A stretch of DNA of 64,000 nt, taken from NCBI GenBank assembly GCA_031411295.1, contig JANOAV010000123.1, positions 16,086 to 80,085 on the forward strand. Direction: 5' to 3'. This document shows positions 1-10,337 of this stretch, in pieces. The translations under genes and the position numbers were made by a program. A model generated the notes under the pieces. The model was not told the origin of the DNA. It did not search any database and saw only the letters and a list, made by a program, of their open reading frames with translations. Every line of letters begins with the position of its first letter. Positions within the stretch are counted from its first letter, which is position 1. Source of the stretch: Verrucomicrobiales bacterium (GTDB lineage Bacteria; Verrucomicrobiota; Verrucomicrobiia; Verrucomicrobiales; V1-33).

Positions 1-244
1 CTGCGCCCTCTAGTTTAATCAACGCGGCGGCATCAGGTGCCGCCTGCTTGATCGGTTGCTTGGCCGCTTGAATTGACTGGGACAACGTGCGGGGCACCGT
101 TGCTTGCGCTGATTCAATTGATGGGGCCTCCACTTTCGCAACGCCTGCGGGCTCAGTCTCACGGTGATTCAAACACAGAAAGATGCCTAGGCCAACGAGC
201 GTTGCGGACAGAATCGGGAGGAGTTTTCGAAATGAAGGCTTCAT
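1..244 (-). CDS. 5' part of a membrane-anchored or secreted protein, running off the window edge
   Basis: Read by hand: ATG at 244, open to position 1, MKPSFRKLLPILSATLVGLGIFLCLNHRETEPAG...; basic N-terminus followed by a hydrophobic segment. Confidence 0.7.
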   Translation of the reverse strand, partial: MKPSFRKLLPILSATLVGLGIFLCLNHRETEPAGVAKVEAPSIESAQATVPRTLSQSIQAAKQPIKQAAPDAAALIKLEGA

Positions 245-469
245 GGAATTTGGGCGGGCGATTTAGGTGATAATAAAATGGTTCCACCCTCCAATCGACA
301 ATCGCGCCAGCACGTGACAACAATTGTTCATTTTTAGACGCCTCCCTCTAGTTCCTTCTAGCACCACAGTTCCGCGACGACCATAAACCCCTCCAGCGAC
401 AATCATGACCACATCGAGCCAACAACTGAGCACAAAACAGGTCAACGCGTGACAGGATTTCTAGAATTA

Positions 470-3208
470 TTAGTTCGGCGGCACGGCCTGTCCTGTGAGC
501 CGACGGTGGAATGCCTCTGCGGCTGCCGATTGCGGCTTGCCGGGGATCGGGGGCAGCAGGGCTGCGTAGATGGCGGAGCCGGTCTGGAAGAAGACGGCGG
601 CGTGGGCTGGCCAACGAGCAACGGCGGCTTCCAGCAGGATGGCGCTGCGCTCAGCGTAGAATAGGCTATGCTCGGAGTCCGCTGGCATTTGCTGGGCACA
701 GGTGGCGATTTTTCGCAAGGCGGCATCGGCATCGGTGGCTGAATCACGGCCCACGGCGGCGGCAGCACAGTGGCAGGCGCTGGAAAGCACATCGCGCTGG
801 AGTTCGGGATCGTCAGGATGCGCAGCTGCTACTGGCTCGCGCAGGGCGAGGGCCTGTTGCGCGTGGCGGCCGGAGCGGGCCGGATCTCCCTTTAGAAAAA
901 TGGCGGATAGCCGGTTGTGGATAAAAGCAGGCAGGAGGTGGATGAAGTTAGCCGCATCTGCTGCTGCAGCGGCTGTGCTGGCCCGCGTGATCCACGTTTC
1001 ATAATATTCCTGTGCAGCAGCGGTGTCTGGTAGTGCGTTGGCAGCGCGCTGGAGACTTTGACAAAAGGTCCACCAGCTTTTCCTTCCGGTAGCGGAATCG
1101 CTGACAAGGCGCACGAATTCAGCCTCCAACTGGGTGGCCCCGTCTTCCGGTGCGATGGCAAGCTGCGCATCTACTTCCTTCAGGCGGCGGCGCAGTGGTG
1201 CGGCTTCTGCGTTGTGGCCCAATTCCTCGTGGCACTCGGCAAGCAGGCGAAGGCTCCATGCGAGGTGAGTGAGAACTCCTTTGTGCCCCGGAAGTTTAGC
1301 GCAATCAGGTTCGGCTATGCGCACGGCCTCCTTGAGAAAAGGGATGGCCTCCGTTGGACGGCGCAACTTTTGCAGAGCCACTCCCATGCGGAAGGCGGCG
1401 TGGGAATACATGGTGCTCTCGCGGCCCCAGCTCCTGACTGCGTAGTCGTGCCAGGCAGTAAAGTATTTCAGCATTGCAACGAAATCTCCCCGCGCCTCCG
1501 CGTTCGAGCCCAAGGCGGTGTCCAGTTGGGCTAGCTCGGCCGCGTATGCCTGCACTCCTGGAGCCTGCGCCACGAGTTCCTGGAGCAGTGATTCGGCACG
1601 CAGGAACTCCTGTTGGGCTTCCTCCAGTTGCCCGAGGTGCCCATGGGAGGCTGCTAGCGCGATGCTGGCTTGCACTGCGGCGTAACGTGACTCCACGTCC
1701 GGCTGGCGCTGCATGAGCGAACCGGCCTCAGTCACGAGGCGCTGCGCATCCTCCATCGCAACAACGTAATCCATGGAGATCCTTCTGTGTGACGCACGCT
1801 CGCGCAGGGCATCGAACACCCGCCGTGCGTAAACTATGTTTTCCGGTGCGGCCCGCAGCGCCTGTTCACAGAGGTGCAGTGCTTCCGTGTGGAGCTGCTC
1901 TGCCGTGTTCTTTTTTCCGCGCACGCCGATCACTTGAGCTTTGGTTACGAGCACCTCTGCCAGCTTCAGGGCCGACTCTGGAGAGTGGCCTGCGGATTCA
2001 TAATCGCGGCGAAAATGCTCGACCGCCTTTTCCATGACTGATTCCATCGCACCCAGATTGCCGGTCGGCTCCAACCGCTCCCGCAGATCGGTCAGCAGGA
2101 ACTGGAAGAGTCCTGCCATGCGCTGCTCCGCCGACTCCGCTTGGGTTCGACGGTCCTCGGACTCCTGTCGGGCGCGCCTGGCCATCAGCGCGCTCCCGCC
2201 CGTGACCAGTGCCACTACCGCCAGCGCAGCCACCATCCAGGCGCGACGCAGCATTTTCCGCCGCACGGCCTGATCCCGTAGCGCCTGCTGGCGACGACGG
2301 TCTGCGGCATGAAGAAATGCCTCGCCAAATTCCCCCGCGTCCACATAGCGCCTGGGTGGATCCGTCTGCAGCGCACGCAACACAACACTATCGAAGGCCG
2401 GGTCCACTGCTTCGTTTCTTACTGAAGGAGGATCGAAATTTCCCCTCGGCAACTCGCCTGTGAGAAGTTCATACGTCAGCACACCCAGACTGTAAACATC
2501 GCTCGCTGGCGAGGCCGAAACGGCTTTCGATAATTGCTCAGGAGCCGCATATTCCAGCGTTCCCAGGGTCGTTCCCGCCCGCGTTAATCGCAGAGCATCT
2601 GCCGCTTGTTTTGTTGTGAGTGCCAGGCCGAAATCCCCCAGCTTAGGCGGACCGTTTTTGGGGAGGAAAATATTTCCCGGCTTCACATCCCGATGCACCA
2701 CGCCCAGCGCATGAGCCGCCTGGAGCGCTTCGGCCACGTGACCCACGATGCTGACGGATTCATCGATCGTCAGCCTCTCGCGATGAATTCGCGTCGCCAG
2801 ATCCTCCCCATCGATCAATTCCATCACATAATATAAATTTCCCTCTGCGGTCTCTCCAGCCTCATAAATCTGCACGATGCCGGAGTGGTGTAACTGCGCC
2901 ATGAGCCGGGCTTCGTAGCGGAAACGCGTCGCCTGCCCCGGCGTATCCGCCAATTTAGGCGAGAGTAATTTCACGGCCACGCGACGTCGCAGATCTTTCT
3001 GCCATCCTTCATACACGGCCCCCATGCCGCCTTGGCCAATGATCCGGGAGATCTCCAGCGCAGGCAGCATCATACCCACTTCCTCGGGCGTAAGCACCGT
3101 CCACGCGCTCTCCTGCGGGGCTTGCAGACCGGCAGTGAACAACTCATCCGGCTTGAGACCGTGGACAAGGTCCGGGTTAAGGGGGGTGGGGTTCAGGGGA
3201 TCATTCAT
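470..3208 (-). CDS. Membrane Ser/Thr protein kinase (Hanks type) with C-terminal TPR-like helical repeats
   Basis: GQGGMG, VAVK, HRDVKPGN, DFG and APE motifs; TM segment WMVAALAVVALVTGGSALM; Ala/Leu-rich helical C-terminal region. Confidence 0.93.
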   Translation of the reverse strand: MNDPLNPTPLNPDLVHGLKPDELFTAGLQAPQESAWTVLTPEEVGMMLPALEISRIIGQGGMGAVYEGWQKDLRRRVAVKLLSPKLADTPGQATRFRYEARLMAQLHHSGIVQIYEAGETAEGNLYYVMELIDGEDLATRIHRERLTIDESVSIVGHVAEALQAAHALGVVHRDVKPGNIFLPKNGPPKLGDFGLALTTKQAADALRLTRAGTTLGTLEYAAPEQLSKAVSASPASDVYSLGVLTYELLTGELPRGNFDPPSVRNEAVDPAFDSVVLRALQTDPPRRYVDAGEFGEAFLHAADRRRQQALRDQAVRRKMLRRAWMVAALAVVALVTGGSALMARRARQESEDRRTQAESAEQRMAGLFQFLLTDLRERLEPTGNLGAMESVMEKAVEHFRRDYESAGHSPESALKLAEVLVTKAQVIGVRGKKNTAEQLHTEALHLCEQALRAAPENIVYARRVFDALRERASHRRISMDYVVAMEDAQRLVTEAGSLMQRQPDVESRYAAVQASIALAASHGHLGQLEEAQQEFLRAESLLQELVAQAPGVQAYAAELAQLDTALGSNAEARGDFVAMLKYFTAWHDYAVRSWGRESTMYSHAAFRMGVALQKLRRPTEAIPFLKEAVRIAEPDCAKLPGHKGVLTHLAWSLRLLAECHEELGHNAEAAPLRRRLKEVDAQLAIAPEDGATQLEAEFVRLVSDSATGRKSWWTFCQSLQRAANALPDTAAAQEYYETWITRASTAAAAADAANFIHLLPAFIHNRLSAIFLKGDPARSGRHAQQALALREPVAAAHPDDPELQRDVLSSACHCAAAAVGRDSATDADAALRKIATCAQQMPADSEHSLFYAERSAILLEAAVARWPAHAAVFFQTGSAIYAALLPPIPGKPQSAAAEAFHRRLTGQAVPPN

Positions 3209-3323
3209 GAGGCAGGTAACATATTAATTAATCGCTCTACAGCCATAATTGTGACTTGGAAAATTGGCAAATCCCGCAATTGTCCACGACAAATCAAACG
3301 CCCCCCCAACCAAAACGTCCTGC

Positions 3324-4061
3324 ATGGCCATCGATCACGAAACCTTCAGTTCCTTTCCAGCCACCCGTTGGAGCCTGATCGTTTCCACTCCGGAGAATCG
3401 GGAGGCTGTCATGGACGAACTCAGTCGCCTCTACTGGCGGCCACTGTATGCCTTCGCGCGACGCACCGGATTGTCGATCGAGGATGCCGAGGACATGACC
3501 CAACGCTTTTTCCAAGACCTCATGCAAGATCAGTCCCACCTGCTGCTGGAGGCCACGCCCTCGGCCGGGAAACTGCGCACCTTGTTCCTCCGCGTCCTCC
3601 AGAGACGCATCACGGACCACCATCGGCATCAGAACCGGGTCAAGCGCGGTGGTGGAGCCGTCCTCTCACTGGATACCCAAGCCGCTGAAGCGAGCCTCCA
3701 GATTCCTTCCAGCGCGCTTTCCCCAGAGGCAACCTTTGATCGGCAATGGGCGCTCAGCGTGCTGCACTTGGCCTTGATTCGCTTGGAAAAAGATTTCCAC
3801 GTGGCCGGACGCGCCCTCCAATTCACCGCCCTTACGCCCTTTCTCGGGCTCAGCGAGGGCGAGGCCTCCTATGCTGAATTACAGCGGAGCTTGCAGATCA
3901 CTGAAACTGCGGCCCGCCAGTCGGTTCATCGTTTCCGCGAACGCTTCCGCCGCCACCTCCGCGCGGAAATCGCGGAAACGCTAGCCCAACCTGACGAAGC
4001 AGCCATCGACCGCGAAATTATGGAACTCCGAGCCGTGCTCTTCTGCGTGCCGTTCGCGTAA
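3324..4061 (+). CDS. ECF sigma-70 factor of the kinase-associated PVC type
   Basis: FPATRWSLI N-terminus, YWRPLYAFARR, DAEDMTQ, KRGGG, FDRQWA; ATG 3324 preferred over ORF start 3264. Confidence 0.9.
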   Translation: MAIDHETFSSFPATRWSLIVSTPENREAVMDELSRLYWRPLYAFARRTGLSIEDAEDMTQRFFQDLMQDQSHLLLEATPSAGKLRTLFLRVLQRRITDHHRHQNRVKRGGGAVLSLDTQAAEASLQIPSSALSPEATFDRQWALSVLHLALIRLEKDFHVAGRALQFTALTPFLGLSEGEASYAELQRSLQITETAARQSVHRFRERFRRHLRAEIAETLAQPDEAAIDREIMELRAVLFCVPFA

Positions 4062-4467
4062 GCCGGATCGGAGCGGATGATTTTTTCCGAACTCAACGAT
4101 GGCAGCACCCTGGCTCCGGCCAAACAGCCAAACACAGATTCCTCTGACATTTAATATGCTTAGAGGTCAATTTCTGGGGCTTTCCAAGCTTGGTCGGTGC
4201 TTTGGTCCCACCGGTCTTGCTGGGTGTCGGAACCGGGGGCTTCGTCTTCGTCGGCTGGGATCCAGATCACGCATGTCCGGTGCGGAAACAGCCATCTTTG
4301 GTAGGATCGGGACAGTGAGGTTTGGCAGCCAAGGCATTGGCTTCGGCAGCTAGCAGAATAATCTGCCCCGCAGAAATTCAGGGAGGAACCTGCTGATCTG
4401 GCCCGAGAAATATTTCTGTCTTTTTCGCTCGTTATTTCTGTAATTAGTGAAATGTTGTCGCATGAGG

Positions 4468-5565
4468 ATGTCACCTGCCGCTCCGACCACGGGATTGCCG
4501 ATTGCTGCCACGCCCCTTGCGTCGAGCACAGGGGCGGTGTCGGACGTGGCGCGGGCGGGGGAGGATGTGGTGTTGTTTGACCTAGGCGGTGGACGGTTGG
4601 TGCGTGGGGTGGGACCCTTCCAGCGCGCGGCCACCGCACCGAAAGGCGGATGGGCGTTTTATGTGAATGACTTTGCCCTGAGCGAAGGCAAACCTTGGTT
4701 GGTGCCGCACAGCGTTGACTTTGCCTGCGAGGGTGGGGTGGGAGAGTTGGGAAACTTGGCACTACCGTGGGTGGAGCCGACAGCAGAAGAATTCACGGTA
4801 GTGTTTCAGGAAATCATGTCGCAGGTGGCAGCGGGAACCCTGCGCAAGGCCGTGCCGGCAGTAGTGGCGAGGGCTCCGTGGTCCGAACAGTTGGCTCAGC
4901 GTTTCCTCGCCTCCTTGCCACGCCGAGCGGCGGATGCGGGGACCTATTCGTATGCGTTTCGACAAGGTGATACCGGGTTCGGTGGGCGCACCCCGGAGGT
5001 GTTGCTGCGGGTGGAGAACGGCATTTTGAAAACCATGGCCCTAGCGGGCACGGCTCCGACGGCGGAGGCGCACAAGTTGCTGGAGAATCCAAAGCTCCTG
5101 CGTGAGCACGATCTCGTGGTGGAAGTGATGCGCGAGCGTTTGGCGGCTCTGGGCGAGTTGAAAATTGAGGCGCGGCGGTTGTTGTCGCTGGGGTTGATGA
5201 CGCACCTGTGCACGCGATTTGAACTGGTGCTGGATGATCCGCGGTGGGCGGAGCGGGGAGAGGAGTTGATTCGGTTACTCCATCCCACGCCTGCGTTAGG
5301 AATTGCTCCCCGAACCGCGGAAACGTTGGCGTTGCTGCAAGGGTATCGGCACCGACTGGGCGTGCCGGATCATTTCGGCGCACCCGTGGCGGTGGCTTGG
5401 CCGGGTGGATTGTTGGTGCTGGTGGCCATTAGGGGCCTGTTCTGGCAAGGGAATGAGGTCTTGCTGCCTGCGGGTGGTGGACTCGTGTTGGGAAGCCAGC
5501 TAGCCGATGAATGGGCGGAACTGGAATTGAAGCGTAACTGGGTGCGGAGGGCCTTGGGCGTCTGA
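4468..5565 (+). CDS. menF: Isochorismate synthase (chorismate-binding family)
   Basis: TPEVLL, TMALAGT, EHDLVV, LHPTPALG motifs; stop overlaps the menD start; start uncertain (4447, 4462 or 4468). Confidence 0.85.
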   Translation: MSPAAPTTGLPIAATPLASSTGAVSDVARAGEDVVLFDLGGGRLVRGVGPFQRAATAPKGGWAFYVNDFALSEGKPWLVPHSVDFACEGGVGELGNLALPWVEPTAEEFTVVFQEIMSQVAAGTLRKAVPAVVARAPWSEQLAQRFLASLPRRAADAGTYSYAFRQGDTGFGGRTPEVLLRVENGILKTMALAGTAPTAEAHKLLENPKLLREHDLVVEVMRERLAALGELKIEARRLLSLGLMTHLCTRFELVLDDPRWAERGEELIRLLHPTPALGIAPRTAETLALLQGYRHRLGVPDHFGAPVAVAWPGGLLVLVAIRGLFWQGNEVLLPAGGGLVLGSQLADEWAELELKRNWVRRALGV

Positions 5566-7088
5566 TGACGAAGGACCTGGCGCTGGCCGTGATTCAAGAA
5601 TGTGAACGTGCCGGGGTCACGGAATACTGCCTTTGTGCGGGATCACGCAACAGTGAGTTGGTCCGGATGGCCTTGGCCTCTGGGGCCAAATGCTGGCACT
5701 TTTTCGAGGAGCGCAGCGCGGCCTTTTTCGCGTTAGGCAGAGTGCGCGTGACCGGTGGACCAGTGGCGGTGATGACGACCAGTGGCACCGCTGCCGTGGA
5801 GGTTTTTCCTGCGCTGGTGGAGGCGCACTATCAAGGGTTGCCGTTACTGGCAGTGACGGCGGATCGGCCGAGCAGTTATCGTTTCTCCGGGGCACCACAG
5901 GCGATTAATCAGGAGCGATTGTATGGCGAATACCCTGAGGTTAGTGCTGATGTGAGTTCCGCCGAGGAAGCTCTGGACTGCCTCTGGGGTTGGACGCAGG
6001 AAGGCCCGGCGCATCTGAATGTCTGCTTGGAAGAGCCCAAGCGGGAATTAGCGAAATATGCGGCGGCAGAGACCAAGCATGACTTTCGGCTGACCAGTGG
6101 AAAGTCTGCTCAAATAAAGGCCGTTGGGGCGGATCTCATTCTGCTAGGCGAGTTGCTGCCGCAGGAACAAGCGCAGGTCAGATTGCTGTTGGAAAATTGG
6201 CAGGGCCCAGTCTGGGCGGAAGCTGCCTCCGGCTTGCGTCCTTGGCTGGGGGCGCGGCTCGTGCGGGGTGGGGAAGGGACGCTGCGCCATCTGCCCGTGC
6301 ATTCGGTGCTGCGGTTGGGGGGTGTTCCGAGTTGTCGGTTCTGGAGGGATTTGGAAGGGAAGCCTGAGGTGAAGGTGGTGTCGGTGAGTCGTTCACGGTT
6401 CCCCGGTTTGGCGCGCGAAGCAAAATGTTTGGATTGGTCTGAAATTGCCTTGGAACCCTCCGAAACAGAGTTCCAGGACCTGTCGGTGATCGATGTGATC
6501 GACCGATTCCCGCAGAGTGAATGCGGGTATTTTCGTGATCTAAGTGAACGCATCCCGGAGGACGCTGCATTGTTCCTCGGCAACAGTCTCGCCATCCGTC
6601 AATGGAACTTGGCGGCGGTGCCATGCGGTGCCGAGCAGCGATGTCACGTGATGCGAGGAGCCAATGGGATTGATGGAAATTTATCGTTCTACTACGGCAC
6701 CGCAGCGCAGGCAGAAGAGGCTTGGGCAGTGGTGGGTGATCTGACGGCCCTGTATGATTTGGCCGCGCCCTGGATCTTGCGGCAACTCCCCGCTGCCCGA
6801 CGTCGCATCGTCGTGATGAATAATGGCGGCGGCATGATCTTCCGTCGCCTGCCCTCGCTGCAAGGACTGGAGCCTGCGGCGCAAGGGGTCATTGAGAACG
6901 CGCACGAACTCCGATTCAAACATTGGGCGGCCCAGTGGGGGATGGACTATTGCCTGATCACCGCAATTTCCGACTGGCCAGAAACGTTGCCAGCGGGAGA
7001 TGTCGTCATCGAAATCCTGCCAGACGCGGAACAATCGGAAGCGTTCTGGGCAGCACTGGCACAACGTGAGCAGGAGACCTACGGATGA
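5565..7088 (+). CDS. menD: SEPHCHC synthase (ThDP enzyme)
   Basis: GSRN, EERSAAFFALG, TTSGTA, TADRP, RGANGIDG, GDL..YDL, NNGGG motifs. Confidence 0.93.
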   Translation: MTKDLALAVIQECERAGVTEYCLCAGSRNSELVRMALASGAKCWHFFEERSAAFFALGRVRVTGGPVAVMTTSGTAAVEVFPALVEAHYQGLPLLAVTADRPSSYRFSGAPQAINQERLYGEYPEVSADVSSAEEALDCLWGWTQEGPAHLNVCLEEPKRELAKYAAAETKHDFRLTSGKSAQIKAVGADLILLGELLPQEQAQVRLLLENWQGPVWAEAASGLRPWLGARLVRGGEGTLRHLPVHSVLRLGGVPSCRFWRDLEGKPEVKVVSVSRSRFPGLAREAKCLDWSEIALEPSETEFQDLSVIDVIDRFPQSECGYFRDLSERIPEDAALFLGNSLAIRQWNLAAVPCGAEQRCHVMRGANGIDGNLSFYYGTAAQAEEAWAVVGDLTALYDLAAPWILRQLPAARRRIVVMNNGGGMIFRRLPSLQGLEPAAQGVIENAHELRFKHWAAQWGMDYCLITAISDWPETLPAGDVVIEILPDAEQSEAFWAALAQREQETYG

Positions 7089-7747
7089 ATCGCATCGTGG
7101 CCTTGCACGGGAATCTGGGGATGCCGGACGATTGGCTGGAGTTGGAGCAATTGAGCGGCCTAACGTTCGATAAACGGTGCCTCTGGGAGCCGGGGGCGCT
7201 GGAATTTGCGGCAGGAGATATTCTGCTAGGTTACTCGCTCGGAGGTCGGTTGGCATTGCAGGCGGCGGTGGCTGAGCCGGAGAAATTCTCTCGCGTCATC
7301 GTGCTGTCGGCGCATCCTGGATTGGCCACGGAGGGCGAACGCAAGGCGCGTCGGCTGCAGGATGCGGTGTGGGCGGAACGAGCCTTGACGCTGCCGTGGG
7401 CAGAGTTTCTGCACCGTTGGGATGCGCAGGACGTGCTGGGTGCGTCAGCCAAGGATCGGAGCGGACTGGAGCGATATCGGCAGGAAATTTCCCGCAGCTT
7501 CACCCAGTGGAGTTTGGGCCGCCAAGCCGATCTTCGCGATGGCTTGCAGCACTTGAGTTGCCCGCTTTGGTGGATTACTGGAGCTGAGGATGCTAAATTT
7601 ACCGAGCTTGCGGCCACGGCTGGAAGCGGGAATCACGTGGCGGTGGCAGGCGCGGGACATCGGGTCCACTTTGATCAAGCCGCTGCGGTGGCTCGATTCA
7701 TTGTAGCGTCGATTTCATCGTTAGAGAAAAAGGCAGCACCGCTTTAA
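7085..7747 (+). CDS. menH: SHCHC synthase, alpha/beta hydrolase
   Basis: GYSLGGR nucleophile motif, G.EDAKF, AGHRVH; ATGA overlap with menD. Confidence 0.85.
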   Translation: MNRIVALHGNLGMPDDWLELEQLSGLTFDKRCLWEPGALEFAAGDILLGYSLGGRLALQAAVAEPEKFSRVIVLSAHPGLATEGERKARRLQDAVWAERALTLPWAEFLHRWDAQDVLGASAKDRSGLERYRQEISRSFTQWSLGRQADLRDGLQHLSCPLWWITGAEDAKFTELAATAGSGNHVAVAGAGHRVHFDQAAAVARFIVASISSLEKKAAPL

Positions 7748-7753
7748 GGGGCC

Positions 7754-8398
7754 TCAGGGGCAGAGACGATCAATCGTCCAGAGGGCACCTTGCTTGGTAT
7801 AGAGCAGGCGATCATGCAGTCGGCTGGACCGCCCCTGCCAGAATTCGATGGCATCAGGCAGTAAGCGATAGCCGCCCCAGTTGGCGGGACGCGGGATGTG
7901 GCTGCCTTCGGGGTATTGGCGCTGCAATTCGGCATAGCGCTCTTCCAGGGCTTCGCGATGCTCCACGCAACTGCTCTGCTGAGAAGTGATGGCTCCCAGG
8001 CGGCTGCCGTATGGGCGCACTGCGAAATAGGCATCCGATTCCTCGTCCGTGACCTTTTCCACGCGACCTTGAACATGCACTTGGCGCTCCAGATCCAGCC
8101 ACAGGAAGGTCAGGGAAGCCCTGGGATTGGCGGCCAGCGCCAGCCCCTTGCGGCTGGCATAATTGGTGAAAAACGTGAAGCCACGGTCATCCAATCCTTT
8201 GAGTAACAACGTGCGAGTGGAGGGTTGACCCTCTGGAGTTACGGTGCCCAGCACGAAGGCGTTTGGTTCCTTGAGTTGCGCCTGCTGGGCTTCATGAAAC
8301 CACGTGCGGAATTGGGCAAAAGGGTCAGCGCTAACTTCGTTGCGCCGCAACGAGGCAAGGCGGTAGTCTTCACGGAGATGGGTCAGAGAGGAGTTCAT
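7754..8398 (-). CDS. pdxH: Pyridoxamine 5'-phosphate oxidase
   Basis: LREDY, LLKG, FFTNYASRKG, PRPANWGGY, IEFWQGRSSRLHDR, RLCP; start placed at ATG 8398. Confidence 0.95.
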   Translation of the reverse strand: MNSSLTHLREDYRLASLRRNEVSADPFAQFRTWFHEAQQAQLKEPNAFVLGTVTPEGQPSTRTLLLKGLDDRGFTFFTNYASRKGLALAANPRASLTFLWLDLERQVHVQGRVEKVTDEESDAYFAVRPYGSRLGAITSQQSSCVEHREALEERYAELQRQYPEGSHIPRPANWGGYRLLPDAIEFWQGRSSRLHDRLLYTKQGALWTIDRLCP

Positions 8399-8452
8399 AA
8401 AGTAAGTGAAAATTGTGTTTGGCGTTTGGTGGAATCGTTTCCATGATCCGGT

Positions 8453-8989
8453 GTGCAATCCAATATCCAAAAAATCCTATTTCACGAAACCACGATCCAC
8501 AAGCGCCTTGACGAACTAGGTCATGCGATGACGCAGGATTACCGTGGACAGAACCTGACCGTCGTCGCCATTCTCCATGGAGGCATCGTCCTCGTGGCGG
8601 ACCTCCTGCGGCGGATTCAATTGCCTCTGAAGATGGAATGCATCTCGGTATCCAGCTACCATGGGGCCACCGAGAGTTCTGGAGTGGTCACGTTTAATCA
8701 GGCCAAGCTGCCAGACTTCTCGGGAGAGCACGTGCTGGTAGTGGATGATATCCTGGATAGCGGTCGCACCCTTCATGCGATTGCCAAGCGGCTTAAGGAG
8801 GAATGCAATGCGGTTAGTGTGAAATCCTGCGTGCTCCTGAGTAAACGTAAACAACGCTCTGCGGAAGTAGAGGCGGACTACGTGGGCTTTGAAATTGACG
8901 ACGAATTTGTGGTTGGCTACGGATTGGATTACGCGGGGCGTTACCGCAATCTGCCGTTTATCGGCATTCTGAAACCAGAGGCCATATGA
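8453..8989 (+). CDS. hpt: Hypoxanthine phosphoribosyltransferase
   Basis: VLVVDDILDSGRTL PRPP motif; FVVGYGLDY..RYRNLP. Confidence 0.95.
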   Translation: MQSNIQKILFHETTIHKRLDELGHAMTQDYRGQNLTVVAILHGGIVLVADLLRRIQLPLKMECISVSSYHGATESSGVVTFNQAKLPDFSGEHVLVVDDILDSGRTLHAIAKRLKEECNAVSVKSCVLLSKRKQRSAEVEADYVGFEIDDEFVVGYGLDYAGRYRNLPFIGILKPEAI

Positions 8990-9231
8990 CCTGCCGGATT
9001 CTGTTTTTCTCGACGCTGAAAGACTGTGTGGGCACGGGGGAAATGGTATGGCCACTGGATGCTCCCATGCCGGTGGGCGAGCTTTACAGCGCGCTAAGCG
9101 AGAAATTCCCGCCGCTGGCGAAATGGCGTCCAGCCTTGCTCATGGCTGTTAATCAAGCTTATGTCACGGCGGACGAGTTGGTGAATTCCGGTGATGAAGT
9201 CGCCTTCATGCCTCCGGTGCAGGGAGGTTAG
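8986..9231 (+). CDS. moaD: MoaD/ThiS ubiquitin-like sulfur carrier
   Basis: AVNQAY, GDEVAFMPPVQGG with C-terminal GG. Confidence 0.88.
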   Translation: MTCRILFFSTLKDCVGTGEMVWPLDAPMPVGELYSALSEKFPPLAKWRPALLMAVNQAYVTADELVNSGDEVAFMPPVQGG

Positions 9232-10143
9232 TTAGTCGATGTAGCGGCGGGTGATGTCGGCATAGGCGTCGATCCGACGATCGCGCAGGAAGGGCCAGAC
9301 TTGGCGTTGTTCCTCCACTTGGGCCAGATCTACTTCCACCACGAGGACTTCCTCTTGATCGGTGGAGGCTTGCGCAATCAAGGCTCCGCTGGGATCCGCT
9401 ACGAAGCTGCGGCCCCAGAATTCCAGGCCGGGTTCGCCTTCGGGCGTTTCATAGCCGATGCGGTTGACGCTGGCAACATAGCAGCCGTTAGCCACTGCGT
9501 GGCTGCGCTGGATGACTTCCCACGAGGCGTATTGGCGCTCGCCATGCGCCGCTTTCTCTGCGGGCATCCAACCGATGGCGGTAGGGTAGAACAAGATCTG
9601 CGCGCCCTGCATGGCGGTGAGTCGGGCTCCTTCAGGATACCATTGATCCCAGCAAATGAGGACTCCAATGCGGCCGAATTTGGTGTCCCAAGCCTTGAAG
9701 CCCAGATCGCCCGGGGTAAAATAAAATTTCTCGAGGAACTGGGGATCATCTGGGATGTGCATCTTCCGGTAAATTCCCAACTGGGAGCCATCGGCATCAA
9801 AGATGACCACGGAATTATGATAGAGTCCGGCGGCCCGTCGCTCGAAGATCGGCACAATAAGCACGATGCCCAGTTCGCCCGCCAGCTTCCCGAGCCTCTT
9901 GGTGGTTGGCCCGGGAATGGGTTCGGCCATCGCGAAATACGCGTGCTTTTCGGCTTGGCAGAAATAGAGGCCGGCAAATAGTTCCTGCAAACAGACGATG
10001 TTAGCGCCTTGTTTGGCGGCGGTCCGGATTTTGGCTTCGGTCTTCTTGACATTCGCTGCCACATCAGCGGAGCATGCGGTCTGCACGAGACCGAGTTTGA
10101 TCTTCGTTTTGGATTTGGAGGAGGGAGTTTGCGCTTTTGCCAT
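9232..10143 (-). CDS. Carbon-nitrogen hydrolase, N-carbamoylputrescine amidase-like
   Basis: Triad motifs CLQELF, YRKMHIP, ICWDQW; EKFYFTPGD; WPFLRDRR; no agmatine deiminase adjacent. Confidence 0.88.
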   Translation of the reverse strand: MAKAQTPSSKSKTKIKLGLVQTACSADVAANVKKTEAKIRTAAKQGANIVCLQELFAGLYFCQAEKHAYFAMAEPIPGPTTKRLGKLAGELGIVLIVPIFERRAAGLYHNSVVIFDADGSQLGIYRKMHIPDDPQFLEKFYFTPGDLGFKAWDTKFGRIGVLICWDQWYPEGARLTAMQGAQILFYPTAIGWMPAEKAAHGERQYASWEVIQRSHAVANGCYVASVNRIGYETPEGEPGLEFWGRSFVADPSGALIAQASTDQEEVLVVEVDLAQVEEQRQVWPFLRDRRIDAYADITRRYID

Positions 10144-10337
10144 GGCCTGCATTCAACCCAGCCCCAGATCGGGCGCAAGGCGCATTTCTGGGATACTCGG
10201 AGACGGCGGATGGTTCCTGACCGCTGCCGCTGTTCCGCCCTGACTGCCAACCAGGACAGCGCGACCTCTCAAGCATGGGGTTGTCGTTCTATCGGAGGGA
10301 TCGCGCCAGCGAATACCTTCTCGCCTGGAGTTATGCC

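Noticed and set aside
4062..4446. ORFs 4099-4353 (+) and 4160-4762 (-) as genes
   Set aside because: No recognisable motifs and the longer one overlaps menF; a small gene or remnant cannot be excluded
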